From assembly GCA_964344235.1 (NCBI GenBank), contig CAYFMJ010000001.1, positions 1 to 24,000 on the forward strand: 24,000 bases of DNA, in the 5' to 3' direction. Below the pieces are notes generated by a model that was given only the letters and a program-made list of their open reading frames with translations, was not told the DNA's origin and did no database searches. Below, piece after piece: positions 22,091-24,000 of this stretch. Positions within the stretch are counted from its first letter, which is position 1. Every line of letters begins with the position of its first letter. The stretch is from an uncultured Methanosarcinales archaeon (lineage in GTDB: Archaea > Nanobdellota > Nanobdellia > Woesearchaeales > GW2011-AR9). The position numbers were made by a program, and so were the translations under genes.

Positions 22091-23728
22091 TTATCGTTCT
22101 GGTTGTGTTAATGGATCGTAATTTGGATCATCGGTTCTGAACTCCCGAGGGACATAAGCATCATTGCTGCCAGCTTCACGTGCTGCGTCTCTACGGTATC
22201 TTCGAATTGCTTCCGACTCAAAGGGCGTTCCTTCAGTTGTTTCAGGAGTAGGTGTTGGTTGCGGCGATTCTTGTGGAGAGGGAGTAGTATACGCCGGTGT
22301 CGCAGGAGTTGCTCCCTGGTCTGGCACAATATACTGTTCGGTTGGCCTCGGTTGAATCTCTTCTGGAGCCACATAGACAGGACTTGGATCGACTTCTATA
22401 CCATAATCATCTGGAAGAGGGTGAAGTTGATTATAAATGTCTGGTTCTGCTGTTGATTCGGGTGTTGTTGCATCGGCCCCCGTTTTGAATTCGAAGAGGG
22501 TTCCAAAACTAACAGTAAGAACCCAAGGCGATTGACCAATAGCTTCACGAGCACCAGAATAACCAGCACCGAGTCTTCCAGCGAGGTCAATGCGCGCATG
22601 GTCAGTTTCAGCGATGGTGCCGTTAATTCCTACTTCCAGATTTAAATTACCGTAAACAACAGTTCGGCTATCTTCGGTTATCGTTGGGCCGAGTACTTTT
22701 GGTCCACCTTCCCCGTCAGGAAGGAGCGTTGGGGCATAATGATCAAGAACCTCCGGGATTTCAGAGTGAACGGAAACTGTGTGTTCTACTGAAGTTGTTT
22801 CCGTAACTCGAGTTGGATTGATCCCTCCTCTTAGACGAGCGAAAATGTCAAAGTCTTCAAAGTCATAGTGCAGTTGTGCCACTAGGTCTAATCCTCCTAC
22901 GAAACGATGAAGTGAATCTCTTTCATTCGTTTCACCACTTCGTAAATCGTAGGTGCCGTCAAGATTTTGTTCTGCGGTAATTGGGTTGATGATAAGGTTC
23001 CCACTTGAAGGGTCAGCGAAATAGAAACCGCCTCTAGCCCCTCCACCAAAACTAATGCCCCACGGAGTTTCATCGATGTTTGGGATATCAAGTAAGTAGG
23101 TAGCAGCTAGCGACCCAAGACCATCTTTGCTCACAAAAGGAGTTTCAAAGAGTAATCCAACTTCTAGTAAATGGCGGAGGTCAACCTTTTCTGTGTCGGT
23201 TGGCCGTTCCTCAAGCTCGCGGATTCTCTGTTGTGCTGCTTCCAAATTAGCTGCTAGCTGAGTTTTAGCTTCTTCGCAGTCTGTTTTTTCTGCGTGGCAC
23301 TGTCGTGCTTTATCTTCACATCCTGAAAGTAGAGTGTCTACTTCTTCCCTCGTTACGGAATCTTGGTCTAATGTAGAGTCAAGGATGTAACATAATTTAT
23401 CCGAAGCACAACCTTTGACGAGCTTATCGGTATATTGGTCCCACGGCATCCCGCCATCGGGATTAATATTTGCGCCATTTTCAGCTAAGATTCTTGCTTC
23501 ACTTTCTCTAAGACAAATACCCAGGTTACCACCATGTTCGCTTGCGAATTCATCTGACTCGCAATATGCTTTTACTCTTACTTTTGGTTGTTTCTTTTGT
23601 TTTTTGGTTTCGCCTTCAGTCACTAACTCCATCTGGTCTGATTTGCCAGGAGGTTGAGCATATGAGGGATTAGTTAAAGAAATTCCTGCAGCTGCAATTA
23701 TAGCAGCTAGTGTGAGCCTTTTTATCAT
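22091..23728 (-). CDS. Secreted protein (545 aa) with a Cys-rich region, coiled coil, beta-strand-rich barrel-like core and Pro/Thr-rich tail
   Basis: Signal peptide MIKRLTLAAIIAAAGISLTNPSYA|Q. Seven Cys between residues ~55 and ~150. Heptad-like TQLAANLEAAQQRIRELEE. About eight amphipathic beta-like segments at roughly 22487-23180, ending WVLTVSFGTLFEF. A ~120-aa proline-rich tail follows. The start ATG overlaps the upstream stop (ATGA), and the stop lies 18 nt before the giant gene's ATG. Confidence 0.8.
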   Translation of the reverse strand: MIKRLTLAAIIAAAGISLTNPSYAQPPGKSDQMELVTEGETKKQKKQPKVRVKAYCESDEFASEHGGNLGICLRESEARILAENGANINPDGGMPWDQYTDKLVKGCASDKLCYILDSTLDQDSVTREEVDTLLSGCEDKARQCHAEKTDCEEAKTQLAANLEAAQQRIRELEERPTDTEKVDLRHLLEVGLLFETPFVSKDGLGSLAATYLLDIPNIDETPWGISFGGGARGGFYFADPSSGNLIINPITAEQNLDGTYDLRSGETNERDSLHRFVGGLDLVAQLHYDFEDFDIFARLRGGINPTRVTETTSVEHTVSVHSEIPEVLDHYAPTLLPDGEGGPKVLGPTITEDSRTVVYGNLNLEVGINGTIAETDHARIDLAGRLGAGYSGAREAIGQSPWVLTVSFGTLFEFKTGADATTPESTAEPDIYNQLHPLPDDYGIEVDPSPVYVAPEEIQPRPTEQYIVPDQGATPATPAYTTPSPQESPQPTPTPETTEGTPFESEAIRRYRRDAAREAGSNDAYVPREFRTDDPNYDPLTQPER

Positions 23729-24000
23729 TGTTCATCACCACAATTAATTGGATATAATCTAAAGTTTAAAGGGTTCTCCGACCGATCTAGCCACGTTAAA
23801 AGGAGGTCTACAACCCCTGGCTGGTCTTCGCTACCGTACATTAAAGATGGCCTAGCTCCATCGAAAACGGTTGTTCTATAGGTTGCTTCCAACTGGTCCC
23901 TTAAAGATTTTGGTTGGTAAGAAGCAACTTTGTCTCCCCTTCTGGGATGGATGATAATATTACTCGTTCCACAGGTAAATGCTTCCAAGAGGCTTTGATA
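23725..24000 (-). CDS. C-terminal part of an unidentified protein (gene continues beyond the window edge)
   Basis: The frame is open from the window end (YQSLLEAFTCGTSNIIIHPRRGDK...) to TGA at 23725-23727, so the track's TTG start at 23988 is an artefact of the edge. It is translationally coupled to the next gene through ATGA. No family recognised. Confidence 0.6.
   Translation of the reverse strand, partial: YQSLLEAFTCGTSNIIIHPRRGDKVASYQPKSLRDQLEATYRTTVFDGARPSLMYGSEDQPGVVDLLLTWLDRSENPLNFRLYPINCGDEQ

Overview
The window is almost entirely coding; intergenic gaps are mostly under 130 nt and many convergent genes overlap at their stop codons. The gene content is archaeal: ABCE1/RLI, archaeal-type GluRS, a TrmB-family regulator, a geranylgeranyl reductase, a tRNA with no encoded CCA, and BRE/TATA-like promoters with leaderless or GGAGG-led starts. 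Compaction, moderate AT-richness and very large acidic surface proteins suggest a small-genome DPANN-like, possibly episymbiotic archaeon; this is inference only. The left ~15 kb holds housekeeping and accessory genes: a fused MNT-HEPN nucleotidyltransferase, CsaA-like tRNA-binding protein, GluRS, a wHTH protein, a PRC-barrel protein, Lgt plus a lipobox lipoprotein, TrmB-like regulator, an orphan PEP-utilizing swivel-domain protein, ABCE1, a short MOSC protein, two small Zn-ribbon-type ORFs, tRNA-Thr(CGU), a 2-hydroxyacid dehydrogenase, an asparaginase/GatD-family protein with a large insertion, a membrane-anchored protein and a geranylgeranyl reductase. The right ~9 kb is a same-strand surface locus: a partial gene, a 545-aa secreted beta-rich protein, a 1546-aa multidomain adhesin-like protein, then a separately promoted S-layer-like protein. 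The observations most worth follow-up are the bacterial-type Lgt next to its likely substrate in an archaeal context, the OMP-barrel-like secreted protein coupled to the giant Ca-binding/vWA adhesin, a 183-codon frame broken by one in-frame TAG, and the expanded asparaginase-family protein. No CRISPR array, rRNA, transposase or integrase was seen. All calls rest on motif recognition by eye; no database search was run.
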